DNA of 64,000 nucleotides from Schmidtea nova (taxonomy: Eukaryota): the NCBI GenBank assembly GCA_044892505.1, contig CM097882.1, positions 97,278,001-97,342,000 on the forward strand, given 5' to 3'. Each line of letters begins with the position of its first letter. The stretch's first letter is position 1. Both the position numbers and the translations under genes were made by a program. Of this stretch, positions 37,704-51,149 are shown piece after piece. Below the pieces are notes generated by a model. It was not told where the DNA came from. It saw only the letters and a list, made by a program, of their open reading frames with translations, and ran no database searches.

Positions 37704-38588
37704 GTGACCTGTTGGAGTTTTTATTTGGTGATTTGTTCTTATACAATTTACAAATAAAACATGTAGGGAAAATAAATTTTAGGTTTCTTGCAGTAAATTC
37801 TATATTACACAGAAAATAATCTAAATATATTTCTAAAAAACATGAGTGTAGTAAAGTCAAAACTATTTTCAAGCCATCTTTTTGAGAATTAATTTCTGCG
37901 TATAGATTAAAAAGTCTACGTGTAAATAATTAGTACTCAAGAAATTTATTACTTTTTAAAATTGCTTAAATCTTGTAAATCTTTTTGGTTTTTACACCAC
38001 TTTGTCCTTATGATGACCTTAAATCTAACTTAGCCTCAAAATTTGATCTTAATGGGGGTCTAGCCGTGTAAACACTAGTCACTACTATCAAGTTACAATA
38101 TTTTAGCTACAGTTTAAATGTTATCCATTACTGTGAGTCACATCAGTTGTCCATATATGATAATTCTAACTAGTCTACTTCAAATGAGTTCAATTTATAA
38201 AATGCAATTCTTACGCCATGGGTATAGTTCCAGTAAATAAATTATACTAGCCACTATATTTATATTTAATCTTCGTCACTTTGGAACTTTTTCCGATTTC
38301 ATTTATTTTCATATTTTAGGCAACAGATAAAAAATTTCTTTTATTCAGCAAAAATTTTTGATACTGCCTTTTACAAGTATGAATTATAAATATTTGAAAA
38401 AACACGCCGACAATTTGTGTTAAATTGAAAATATTTTGATCTATCGTCTGAAATAATTAAAACAAACCTGCTAAGATATCACAGAAATTCAACGTTATAA
38501 AATATCCTTATCTGCCAGACAATAATCAAGTGTATCTCCTTTTCATTATTTTCATTATTATAGATGTTTTTATTTTTTTACTTCATAG

Positions 38589-38711
38589 GGTGAAGCGCGA
38601 CGATTATGACAAAACTTGGAAGAAAGAGGAAGCTGGGAAAGACAACGCAGACGGTCCGAGGATTGTGATCGATCAAAATGGGATGGGCGTGCAAGGAGGA
38701 TACATCACAAA
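38589..38711 (+). CDS. snap25: SNAP-25 coding exon 5, linker (VKRDDYDKTWKKEEAGKDNADGPRIVIDQNGMGVQGGYIT-K)
   Basis: ttcatAG acceptor, GTAATT donor, 123 nt, phase 2/2; ends in the GGYI linker motif. Confidence 0.93.
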
Positions 38712-39844
38712 GTAATTCATTCCTTAATTGAATCAATTTCCCTGTTAGTCAATTATTTGCCACCTATTGGTTGATGAGAATGTTGTATGTGCTTGCAAGT
38801 ATCAGTTTTCAATAGTTTCCTCCCAGTTACTGATGATATATTTTATTTTGCTGCAGTTCTCCCCATCATTATCTAAAAATTGAAACCAATTTGTTTGTAT
38901 CTTTCAAACACAAAAGACGACATCAAACTGAATTTTTTGCAGAATATTGAGGAAAATTAATGATGAATATATTTTTTAAAATTTTTCTTATTCATTTTTT
39001 GTCTATCAAAAGTTGATTTTGCCACTTAATTGCCCGTATATCAGTTCATTATACATTACTTCTATTGTATACGGTTGGGGAATAGCACTGTATAAATGGA
39101 TATCAGACTGACTCATTTTTAATTATGGACCACTGGATGTTGCTCTTATACAACAAGGACCGCGTGAACATTGCGTTAATTGTCTGGGAAAGGGGATATT
39201 TCAATATTTATTGTTTGTGTTCTTTTATGGGCGTGTCTTGGTAACACATTTATCCCGTGATCTTTTTATTTAGTGTTTATAAATATAAATATTCCCGTAC
39301 TCAATCTCACCTCGGCCGATAGAACACGCGCAATAGTAGCATCAGTATGTCTGATGGGGAATATTCATCTACATTCGTTATATTACCAGGAGGTGCGAGA
39401 AATTGGGTTTTTGATTAGTATATTTAATCTTCATGTAAGCTTACACGAGTATTGTTCTCTACGAATTCAATTAAGGCAAGAATTTTCGAAGGGTTTATTA
39501 ATTGAAATATTTCGTGTGGATATAAGAAAAGTAAAAGTAATCAAAGAGTCAATCGGAAGAACATAAGATCAGTTAAAATTTGTGTTTGAGTGACCTGGAC
39601 CTATTTTATTTAAAAAAAATTAATAAACCCTTCCAAAAAGACTTAGCTTAATAAAGGTAATAACAATCAATATATTAATAAAAATTGTTATTTGCAATTA
39701 TATTACACTCGTTTTCTTCTGAAGACATAATTAGATTTTAATAATAACAAAATTTAATTCCAAAAATTATGTTCTTTTTGAAACATATTATTCAAACAAT
39801 ATTTAGCAATAATATTATTTGAATATTTTTCTGAAGCATCAATA

Positions 39845-42460
39845 AAACTGTCCAACAAATTTTAACCTTCAAAAAAATTCAAAAAAGTTATCATGTGTTC
39901 CAGGGTAATTCGATGCCGCTGATTTCGAATCTGAGGTTCGTTATTTTCTCGCACCCTTGGTTTCTTTGAAAAATATACAATCAGTTTTTCATTTTTACCA
40001 TTTTTTACCCTTTTACAAAAGAAATTGCAACGTAGTGGATGGGTTCAATGACTTAAATTACTTGACTAAATTATTACATGAAGCATTAGATAACATAAGT
40101 TCCAGCAGTAGTTTGCAAGCATTGTTGGGGACCATTAGCTTTTATAGCGTTTCTCCATAGCAGCGATATCTTGGCGGAAACGCTCCTTTATGTTCATCAC
40201 TGACGCTACTTATGTTCTTTGGGAAGAAATCCAGCTGGGACATTAGAAAATGAAGTTTCAAGGACATTGCATTTTAAAGCTTCATATGCATGGAGTAGTC
40301 GATGAACAAGTTTAGCGCAATTGGGAGAAAGATGATTTCTCAAGAATCCTTTGCACACTGTTTGAAAGTCTTTCCATGTGACCAGTTGTAGAGGATTCAC
40401 GGTCTGCTCAAAATGGTCATCTTGTAGAAGGTCTCTGATTTTTGGCCCAATGAATATTCCTTCCTTAATCTTTGTCGTACTGATTGATGGTAATTTTTGG
40501 CTAAGATAGTAAAATGCTACGCTTTCCCTATCAAAGTCTTTCGTTAGCTGCTTTATTAAGCCAAGCTTAATGTGCAACGCTGGTAGGATGATTTTGCGTC
40601 TGTCAATCAAAGAGTGATGGATGACGCTGCTTGTTCCGGGAACGCTGACACTGTGCAGTGGCCAATTTCTCTGTGTGAAATGGTTGAAACGGTCTCGGCT
40701 GTTCTACAAACAAATGAAGCAGCAGTATTTTGTGTATTCTAGCTAGAGTCCAGTTAGGATGGTGACAACTTTTAAGCCTACACAGATGTCCTATTTCTTT
40801 TCATCATAGCGAATACACTGAAAAATCTTTTTTATGTTTTCGTAGTTCTCTCGCATACAGACAGAATAAGCCACAGGTACTGATGGGTATCTGTTACCAT
40901 TGTGAAGGAGGACGGCCTTGATACTGAAAATAGATGCATCGATAAAAAGACGCCATTCTGTTTTCTCATACTCAATATAAAATTGTTGGATCCAAGCAGG
41001 GATGCTGTTGCAGTAGCAGAGATCGTCGCTCATTAAAAATAATGTTTACAAGCTGTAGTTCGTTTCCAGAAAAAAGTGATTATGGCATTGGGATCTAACA
41101 AGATCCATCCTTGGAGTCGTGACGCCAGGAGCTCTCCTTGATCCTTTGTAGGATTCAAATCTCTCATTGAGTCACTCAGCTCCCCTTGCGTTATGATATG
41201 AGGCAGTGATAAAGGTGTATCAGGAACTGGATGAAATGAGGGATCAGTATTTTCAGTTATAATTGCCGATGAAGTGTCACTAGAGGAGGTTATCGGGAGA
41301 GATACAGGTGGTGGAGGACTAACAGATAATTCGATGGAATGCGGGATTGAGCAAATAACGGGAGGAAGGCTGGGATACGAAACATTTTTCCTGTATTTAT
41401 CACGAAAACAGGTGACAGGCGAGGCACAGAAGTAACAGTCAGATGATTGATCACGCTGTTCACACCATATCATGGGAACTGTGAAAGGAAGAGGTTTTTC
41501 ATTTCTAGACCAGGCGTAAAGCTCTGATGTACATCTCACTCAGCAAATGTGGATAACCTATGATTTATCTTGCTCGCCAACTGCGCCGCTGATGTACATG
41601 TTGTAGAGTTGAATGACCTTCTTTGTGAGTGTACGACGATAATTCTTTATGCTATATTCGCCACAGATGTAGCAAAATTTGTCAGGATGGTTTAAGCAGC
41701 CTCGTGAAACCATTGCAGTGTGAATCTAAAAATGACAGATGTAAGGGAGTAATATAATACTGAGGTATAAATATGAAACTTCTGTTTCGTCTCTCAACTG
41801 TACAATGTAAGCCACTAATATTTTATGTTTCATCGTGCCCCTTCACATGAATGTCTCACATATTACCCTATACTTTGCCATCGTGACAAACCTACTATCA
41901 CGGTTGATATGTAGCACTTGTGACAAGTGTTACGTATCAACCGTCACAACTCGTGTGTATGTGTGTGTTATGTGTATGCCTGTTCCCGCAACGTATTTGT
42001 ATGAGTCATAATATAATACGTAGTCGCTCGCATACAGGGTTATGCGCATGAACACACATATCACACACTTATCTTCTAAATCCTCTATATTATAGAGTCT
42101 ATAAATATGTGAGGATGTAACTACGTCAACATGACGATTTGGACAGTTTATTTCAACATGTTGCAATATTACAGGGCGGGACAATAAAAAGGACCATTTT
42201 TGAAAAAAGGCAATAATTTTAATTCATTATTTCTTTATGTCAGCCTTCGCCGATTTTGATGCGGTTTGTTATATTATAAAGAGCATTAAAATATAATTTA
42301 TTATTATCTATATATTGCAACAATCTGCATCCAAATCGGCGAAGTAAAATTATCTATTTTTTACAAAAATAGTCTTATTTTGGCCCAAAATGTACTATAT
42401 TCTCTTTTTCACGAAATTGGAAGGTGCCAGTTATAAACGAACTTCAGATTCGGAACCTGA
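39845..42460 (-). mobile_element. CMC/Chapaev3-like DNA transposon relic (transposase ~41713 to 40060; element ends uncertain)
   Basis: MVSRGCLNHPDKFCYICGE, PMIWCEQRDQSSDCYFC, WRLFIDAS, VLLHNGNRYPSVPVAY, LPALHIKLGLIKQ, SVSDEH..RQDIAAMEKRY; family assignment from recalled motif pattern. Confidence 0.75.
42172..42392. mobile_element. Tc1/mariner-type MITE with an internal palindrome
   Basis: TACAGGGCGGGAC start, GCCCAAAATGTA end; internal inverted repeat TTCGCCGATTTTGATGC / GCATCCAAATCGGCGAA. Confidence 0.55.
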
Positions 42461-44109
42461 ACTTTGTTTTTCTTCAATAATGATTGATGGCATCAATGAA
42501 TTTTTAATTAATAAGTTTGTATTTTTTCCCTACATCTTCTTTCAATTGGATATTATTCGCTATACATTTATATTTTTAATTACCATCCATTTCCGGTTTG
42601 CCTGGCTAAAATATGTTAATTTTTCAGTCTGTAATTCAATTAATAATTTTTTATTAATTCATGACACCTGTTATGTGCCCGTTTTAATTTGTTATTAATT
42701 TCCATAGTAATATTTTTTTGCAAACCCTACACTTAACAAAAACACCTTTTAACTTCTCCAATTTATAAATAAAGTATTTTTATAGAGATGGTATGCGTCA
42801 TTAGCCTCATAAATTGAGAAATGTCAAACAATAACAACTTTAATAAGACAACCATAACATCTGCAGATATCTATTTTCTTATTTTCCATAAATATAATCC
42901 TACAATTAAAATAATTATCACAGCAGCAAGAAAAAGCAAAATTTTTATTCTAAAAATGAGTAGAATATTTTCATTATTGAAAAATATTTCTTTTAAATGT
43001 TGGATTTCCGTTAAGAGGGCCATATTCAATTTTTATCACTAGTCTCATTGCGGCTGTAATGCAATGCCAAATAGACGATTCCGATTGGCTTATTCCAGCA
43101 TCATAATGGCAGCTCTAATTATTTATCTATGGATTCAAATATTTTAACAAAGTTTCAGTAAAACTATATTTAATATGTATTGATTTTATTGGAAAATTGG
43201 GATTTTTGGTGTGCTTAAAAATTCCAAAATTAATCAAATTTAATCAAATACACTGATAAAATACTATTCCTGTAATATTTTATTTTATTTAATTGAATAA
43301 ATTGATATTATAATTTATTAATAATAATTAGACGAAGAATAATAATAAAAAATAAATGATAATAATAAATTAATAAACAATAATAATAATAATAAATAAT
43401 AATTAAAATAATAATAATAATGATTATTCTGTTGTTTATTGTAAATTGGTTTAAAAAGATTTTTAAAATTGAAATTGTTCATTTTTCGATGTGGTCGAGC
43501 TAACCGGAAAGTACCTTTAATAGATTTACTAATACAATGTAGTTTACAAATAAAAAATGGAATGTTACCATAGAAAACCTCAGCAAAGAAAGAATTATTT
43601 TAGTGGACGTTTGATCAACAACAAATGTCTTTAAATAGGTATGCCATGAAAAGCCTGTATCTCAACCAGCAGTGACAAAATTCTTGATTAAAATATTTTA
43701 TTTATAATCAGCTAGAATCTCTCAAATAATGATAATATGTTATTTGAAAGTTTTTCATATGTCAATATTAGGAAAAGCTTGATTTTGAAATGAAAGATCA
43801 ACCCCAAATGCGCCAGCCCAAACAATTTGGATTTACGATTCTGACAAATCTGGTCAAACACCATAGGTTTTGCCTATCTCGATCTTTAACATAACATTTT
43901 GATGCACATATTAGCATCTTACACGAAAAATAAAATTATAAGATTTTATAGATTAATTTTCTCTAACAAAAATGATTTCTTAGACCACTTATCTGAAAAA
44001 ATGTGCATTAAGAGATTAAACAACATTGGGAACCAGTCGACACTGAGCCATAATTTAGGTTTTCCTGATTTGTCTTTAGCCAAGTTTGTATGTTAATAGT
44101 TATGCCAAT

Positions 44110-47100
44110 CACCAAATTTTGTTTTGACAAAATGGTAAATTCTCGATCAATTGGCAAATAAGTTCGTAAATTTTGCAGGTGTCAAACAGGAAATAATACT
44201 AACTTCCCTGTTAGATTATGACCTCAGAAAGAAATATAAAAGCATCGACATAAAGATCAAATTCTACAAAGAGAGAATGAGGACGGCATTTAAAACGGAA
44301 AGAACAGTATTACAAGCTATCAAACTAGCACTGGCATACAAGCAAACAAACGAAGAACTCGAATGATACTTCGAGATAATAGACAAAATTGTGGATAAAA
44401 TCTTTGAACGAGAATGGACAAAAGAAGATCTGAAGGAGAAGCTCTTAATATGTGAGAGCTCTTAAATGTGAAAGAGTTAAAAAGGAAGTATGTCTAAATC
44501 AGATCAAAAGAATAGACCAGATAAAATTGAAAATCACAAGGTTACACGAGGCATATAAGATGACGGAGGATATTATGGTCATAGAAAAAGTAGACTAGAA
44601 TCAGAAAATGTAAGAAGTTACAGAGATGCAGCCAGAAAGAAGAACAATAATACACAGAGACCATATATGCAAATCAAAGCAATACTATAAGCCGGAAGTA
44701 AGAAGAGATTACGAGAATCAACAAAACAAGAAAGAGATGGAATGTTGGACTTTTCACCAAGTAAGTCATTTAAGTCGAGACTGCCCAAAAAAGATGACCA
44801 CGTGCTTCGGATGCGGAAAAGAGAGAGATATCAGAAGAGAATGCTCAAATATAAGATACAGGAGATGTAAAAGAAAGGATTTTAAAGAAGCTGTGTTACA
44901 CAAATTTAAACCGACAAGAAACAAGAAGATTAAATTTGAACGAACAGTATCAAAGAAATGGTTGATATCAAAGAAAAGGTGGATATCAGAAATATGTAGA
45001 ACAAGGATGAATGAGAAGAAAATCAAGGGGAACCAGAGATGGATATGTAGCGAATATCGAGGAGAAGTTTTCAGGAAATGGAGAGTTTGAAGATCGCAGA
45101 TACCCAAACGATAATGATCCGACAGAAGATGAGATAGTCGGAGTAATATATTAAATAAATGGACAAACTCCAAAATTATGAATTATTATAGTATAAGTAA
45201 TATATTACCTATTATTGAGAACACATTAGAGAGTGAGCTGACAAACGAGGAAATTGTATGCACAGCAAATAAAGTAAACATATTTTTGAAGAAGGATTGG
45301 AGAATCGGTAAAGGTAAAAGGAATGCGACTGATGAAAGTATAGATATTATGGATTTAGATAAACAGAAATATAATATAATAAGATATGACAAAATGCAGG
45401 GCCGACCAAGTGTAACAATCGAGATCAATGGAGAAGTCATGGAGTGTTTATTGGATACCGGAGCAAAGGTTAATGTTATGAGCTGGAAAAAAATTAAGAG
45501 ATTGCGAGGTTTTGGACAAGGACAACAATAACACACCGGTGTGCAAACGATGGAAAATTAGAAATAAAGGATAGTGCCGAAATGAACGTCAATTTGAATT
45601 GTATGGAGAGAGAAATAAAGTTCACAATAGTTGAACAACTAACACCAGAGGTTATCGGAGGCATTGAGATGCAACGGAAATTTGGCATTGATTTAAAGTT
45701 TAGTAATACTCATGACGAAACAGAGACAAACAACCACGTTGGGAACATAGAAGCCAAATTTGGGAGAGTTATTACAGAAGGAGAACGGTTTCAGAAGGCC
45801 AGAGATACAATGAAGATAAAAGATCCGAATATTATAGAATTATTAAGGAAGAAACAGAATGGGATTATGGCAGATAAATGGGATACATAATGTCAAAAGT
45901 TATTGAAACATAGAATTCAGACACAATATTAAGCCGTGGAGGCAACCGATCAATTTAGAAGGAAAGATTGATAAGCTGTGGGAGAATAACATTATCAAAA
46001 AGTTTAATTCACCTTGGAACACGCCGTTAATTTGTGTGTGGAAAAAAGAGAAACAGGATGTCAGGCTGTGTCTAGATTTTAGACAGTTAAATTTAGTAAC
46101 GGTGGACATGCTTTCCCAAATGCCAAATATATCAGAATTATGAGATAAACTGGGGAGCTCAATACTTTACTTCGATTGACCTGGGCATTGCATACTATCA
46201 GGTTGAGCTGGATGAAGAATCAAAAGAAAAGACAGTTTTTTCAACGAAGGTAGGACAGTTTTGCTTTAATAAAATGACATTTTGGAATAGCAGCAGCACC
46301 AGGAAAGTTTCAGGAGCTCATGCTGAAAGTGTTGGAAAACAGAGCCGGTTTACTTGGACGACATCTTAATATTCACAAATTTATTCAATGAACACTATCA
46401 AGTTCTGGATGACGTATTAAAAAGAATAGGGAAAGCTGGTTTGAGAAATAATCCGGAGAAATACCACATTTTGCAAAAGGAGGTTAAGTTCCTGAGGCAC
46501 ATCATCAATGAAAAGGCCATTCAGACCGACCCAGCAAAAACAGAGTCAATACGATCGTTTCCAAGACAAAAATGTATCAAGAGTTTGAGAAGCTTCCTAG
46601 GGATATGTAATTATTACAGTAGATTTATTGAAGGATTCATGTAGATTATTGGAAGGAATTTGAATAGTGAGCAATATCAGAAATGACAACGTCGATTGGG
46701 AATAGAAACTTTGCTTTTCAAGTCCATACCATCAAAGTACGAACGGTATCATAGAGATGCAATTCAGAACGATAAGGGATTACATAAATACGTCACTGAA
46801 GGAGAGGAATAAAACAGATTGGGCAGAAATATTGCAGAAATATAATTTATACTGAATGCAACAATAGAGAAGTCGATTGGTAAGAGTCCAGTAGAAGTAA
46901 TATTTGGACGTAAAATATTTAGAGAACGATGAAACACAAGGCATGGACTGCAAATCAGAAAGTCGGAGCTAAAATGAGGAACATCTGAACAGATACCAAC
47001 AAAGAGGTCTTTCAATCAAGGAGAAAAAGTGCTAATCAAGGTAGGATCAAAAGCGAAAGAAAGAGATAGATATGAAGGGCCGTACGAGATTAAATAGAAA

Positions 47101-47400
47101 ATACACGACAGGAGATATCTGTTGCTAGACAATTCGGGAAAGACGATACAAAGAAATGTTGAAAAGATGAAGAAATATTTTAAAGAAGGGGAATGTGATA
47201 CGCAGTTCATTGATTAAAATAGCAATCCAAAAATTTATAAAAATTTGTGAGAATTTTTATAAAAAATTTATTTTGAATTAAGAAATTTTAATTTTGAAAA
47301 AAATTAAATGAAATTTATAGAAATGTTTATTTTGATTAATGAATTGAAAGTTTGTTTAAATACTAATTGAAATTGAAGGCAATTTAAATAATTAAACTAT
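44110..47400 (+). mobile_element. Ty3/gypsy LTR retrotransposon relic (gag-PR-RT, RNaseH/integrase core deleted, integrase tail, PPT, start of 3' LTR)
   Basis: Degenerate zinc knuckles, LLDTGAKVNV protease, YLDDILIF RT motif, SLRSFLGICNYYSRFI, then KSPVEVIFGRKI and RYEGPYEI; PPT AAAGAAGGGGAA before TGTGATA at ~47193. Confidence 0.92.
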
Positions 47401-47454
47401 TCATTTTGGTTTAATAAAAATTGTAATAAAAATATGACTTGATTTTCAAAATGA

Positions 47455-48553
47455 GACGACTGACAGCTTCGTTGCGGCTAACAGGCATTGTGACAAAAGG
47501 CAATGTCTGGCCAGAAGATGTAATGTCACTGGTGTAATAGCCATCAAGAAATGGTCAAAGGCGCTGCTTACAGACATTCTTTGATGTAAATGTTTACCTT
47601 GAGGGCCTCAGAATTTGATTTTCGGAGTAAAAATAAGTATATTCCATGCAATGAACACTACAGTTCATGCCAATACTTTATTACAAAGTTTTTCACGGAA
47701 TTTGGGGAGTATCTCATGTGGAACATTGTGCCTTTGCGCTGAGAAACGTAGTATCCTTCATTTGTGAGCCAGTGAGTGTGAAGTATATTTACAGGCAACG
47801 CGGTTTACTGGTTCCGTGTTATCTAAAACCGGGTTAAATAAAACTAAAAATTTACATATAATAAAAAATTTATAATAAGAAAAGAAGTTAAAAATTTAAT
47901 TATATTTTGAAAAAGATTATCTAACATTTAAAAAATTTTAGTTTAAAAACCGCGTTAAACGAGGGTTGCCTGTATTCATCCAATACAAACTTTGTCTTCG
48001 CTTTTTCAATGCAGGAATTTTTCAAAATTTCGATTTGCATAGACTGTCAGATTTGTAGAGAAGATTTTATTTTAGGGGCCTCAACTCTCTTTCTATACAA
48101 CATCCGCTTCTTTAAATACTTTGGCAACATAGGACTTCGAAATGTTTAATTTTCCTGTAAGGTTTCTGAGACCTTGGAGTACCACTAGCCTCTTTCACTG
48201 GCATTTGCCCATTTTTACACATTTTCTGCAACTTCCAAACCTTCTTTCAACGGTAACGTCTTCTGCACATCTCTGTATGAACTTTTAAATACCTCGTCTT
48301 GCCAAAAGGCCTGCAAATTTATTTACAGTTACAGCTTTAGAATTCACTCTTGTAGTACAAAATGATATCATTTGCCAAGCTCTTCATGCTCAAATCTTTG
48401 ACAAACAACGAAACCAACAAAAATTATGTAGTAAAACAAGGATACATTTTAAATGCAAATTAGAAATTTTAGTTATTAATAGAATAAATTAAAGACCAAA
48501 AAGTTATACACATTTTAAATTTTGTGAACTATTTTAGTGGACACACCTTATGT
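47455..48553 (-). mobile_element. Tc1/mariner (ITm-type) transposase relic
   Basis: Minus strand KFVLDE, VNIYIKECL, HYIFWPDIA; TIR-like end, reverse complement TACATAAGGTGTGTCCACTAAAATAG; split by a MITE. Confidence 0.65.
47792..47972. mobile_element. Tigger/pogo-type MITE, same family as 14376-14567
   Basis: TA-flanked TIRs; inverted homolog of the 14376 copy. Confidence 0.88.
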
Positions 48554-48958
48554 AGCTTGTGGACAAATTGTTCTACATGCTTTCATATTAAGGGTCACAG
48601 TTAAAACTGATATTTTCTTCATATTAAAATTTGCTTGATTTTTTTCTAAACGCGGTTGGTTTACCAATTTTTAGTTGAGAATTTATCCAATTGACTTTTT
48701 CAATATACGCAACGCTCTCTAGACTACATAATTTTTTACTTCGTTTTAAGAGCGAACAAGTGTGATCAAGTTTACAAAATCCCTCAAAGAAAATTGATAA
48801 ACTTGTAACTCAAATTGCTTATAAATTAACTATTATCCTTACTTTAATGCTTGAAGCAGCATTACGGATTCTGGTAAGCGTTCTAGTAATTGCTAATGAT
48901 GGCAAGATACCCACACTGCTGTTATTGTTATTAATTTTATTCGGATTTTATTTATAAG

Positions 48959-48963
<5 letters not shown>

Positions 48964-49036
<73 letters not shown>
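48964..49036. repeat. (TA)n microsatellite
   Basis: Direct reading. Confidence 0.95.
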
Positions 49037-49040
<4 letters not shown>

Positions 49041-49299
49041 AAACAATAATAAGTGATTAAAAATACTTGAGTGGCAGGATCACTGAAAAATATTTATGCA
49101 AACAACCAATGAGACCAGTAAAGTGGCACGTTAAGAGGTCTTGTTGCCAGTGATATTCATCTCTAATTTCTACTTGCAGTCACGGAACATTATTTATCTG
49201 AGACGCGAATGAAATTATTTCTGTAAATAAAATAATAACACGTTATTAAGATCAGTTTATTGAATTTCGTTAAATCATTAGTATTTATTCTCATGGTAA

Positions 49300-49650
49300 T
49301 TGGTGCTGCCGATTTCCATGAATTCAAGGAAGTCCAATATTATGCTTGGAAATTCCGCGTTAGAAATTCCACCTAATGTGAAATGACCTACAGGAATCAG
49401 CAGTTAGTGGAGAACTGCGAGATTACATGCATCGCTCGAGGTAATTGGTTGCAAGTGGCACACCTGTGGCACACCTGCAGCTGGAGGGGGTGTAATTTAC
49501 TGGTGATCAGTTTCATTACAAATCTTCACTATATACCACGCAAATAACTATAAGATCGTAATGGCTTTTGAATAAAGCCGATAAAGTTTTATTTTCTTTT
49601 TTAGTGCAGTGAAATCTCTAAAGCAGAATCTTAAATGTGGATGTATTACA
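49300..49650 (+). mobile_element. Gypsy 3' end remnant: PPT and ~160-bp LTR
   Basis: GGAGGGGG PPT directly before TGTAAT (49491); LTR ends ATTACA (49650); contains AATAAA. Confidence 0.7.
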
Positions 49651-51149
49651 AGAAAACATTTCTAATACTGCCTTTTACACCAATGATAGTTTATGTCTGT
49701 ACATTTCCCTCATTAATCTGTCTATTTCACAGAACATTTTCTTTCTTTCGCATATCATGATATAATCACTTTCAATCATCAGATCTTTACGAGTTTTTTT
49801 TTGTAAAATTTTAATCAGATATACTTTACCGTTTTTTTAATCTTTACGTTCTTTTGAGTAGGTAAAACGTTATAGTTTGATCTCATGGGGATTCTGTGTA
49901 GGGTAATACTAATAATTAATAAATCAACACTTTTGAAATAAATAGAGTCCTTTTCAGTTAGAATACAATTAATTAAAGTAATTAATTAAATAGCAATTTA
50001 ATAAGGTATAGTTTGAATGTATGTTGTTAATTGATGATGTTTGTTGAATAACTTTTTTGAAAAAAAAACTTTTTTAAAAATTTGTTTAAATAATATTATT
50101 AAGAGAATCCTTTAAACAAAAAAAATTTTGATTTGACATTTTCTAATGGTCGTTGCAAACACAAATTAGAATGTTGCTAATACAAGATGCACAGTTTTGA
50201 CATTTTTATTCAATCTGTATAGAAAGTACACAATCGGACTCTAGATACGATCCTAATATAAGAAGCCTTATACGTAACAGGTCATTTAATAATCGTTATC
50301 ATTGGTCAAATGTTTCCCTATATCTACTTATTAACGTTAAATGTGGTTTTGTGTTTTATTTATTAGGAGCGTATTGAGAACACTAAAGCAAAAATATCTG
50401 AAAAATATCACAAAACACATAGAATTATTTTTGAGAAAATCATCCGTCAACTATTGTATTTCTACCGGAATAACGCCTATAAGCAGCTAATAGAATTTTC
50501 TATGAAATTCATAGTATGATTTGATAGTTCGTTGGTTAATTAAATTCCCGATCAGCAGTTTTGATCGCTGAAATTCAATTATCAAACGCATGTCGTATCA
50601 CGAGTTTCCCCGTCTCGGGATAAATTAGATAATATTAAATTATCATTATAATATAAAATAGAAGAACGCAAAATATTATTGCATGATTATCAAACATTTC
50701 AAGCGTTTGTCCGCTGATTTTTGTCAGTTTCGATGAAAATGGGATTTTTCTAATGAAACTATTTTGTGAAATTCGTTTGTAAAATCTGATGATATTTTCA
50801 GCAGTTTCATTAGGCAAATCTACTGATTGGGAAAGCTGAGAAATATTAATTTCTCTGAATGAAAACTAAGGAATAACTTCCGTTATGCAGTTGACAATCT
50901 GATTGAAATAAAACCAGGAAAATAAAGTGATGAGCTTACTTAAGTTGTCAACAATCAGATAATATTACCAAAATAGACTAGAATTTTCTTAAATAGTTGT
51001 AAAAAATGTTTTCAAAATTACCTCATTAGTCCAATTTAGGATTCCATGTATCTTAATTCGGACCATGCATTTCCTAAATTAGACTATATATGGCTAAATG
51101 GGCTATAACGCCAGGGCGCAAGCCTTTTGGAGCGGTAATCTTTTTCTTT

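Larger units (their letters stand above)
35235..38086. mobile_element. Non-autonomous Polinton/Maverick foldback derivative
   Basis: Ends AGTTGTGAGTAGTG and reverse complement AGTAGTGACTAGTG; 6-bp TSD ATCAAG (35229-35234, 38087-38092); long diverged inverted arms; central polB C-terminal relic. Confidence 0.85.

Noticed and set aside
43045-43115. Possible miRNA-like hairpin
   Set aside because: Pairing is too interrupted for a credible precursor.
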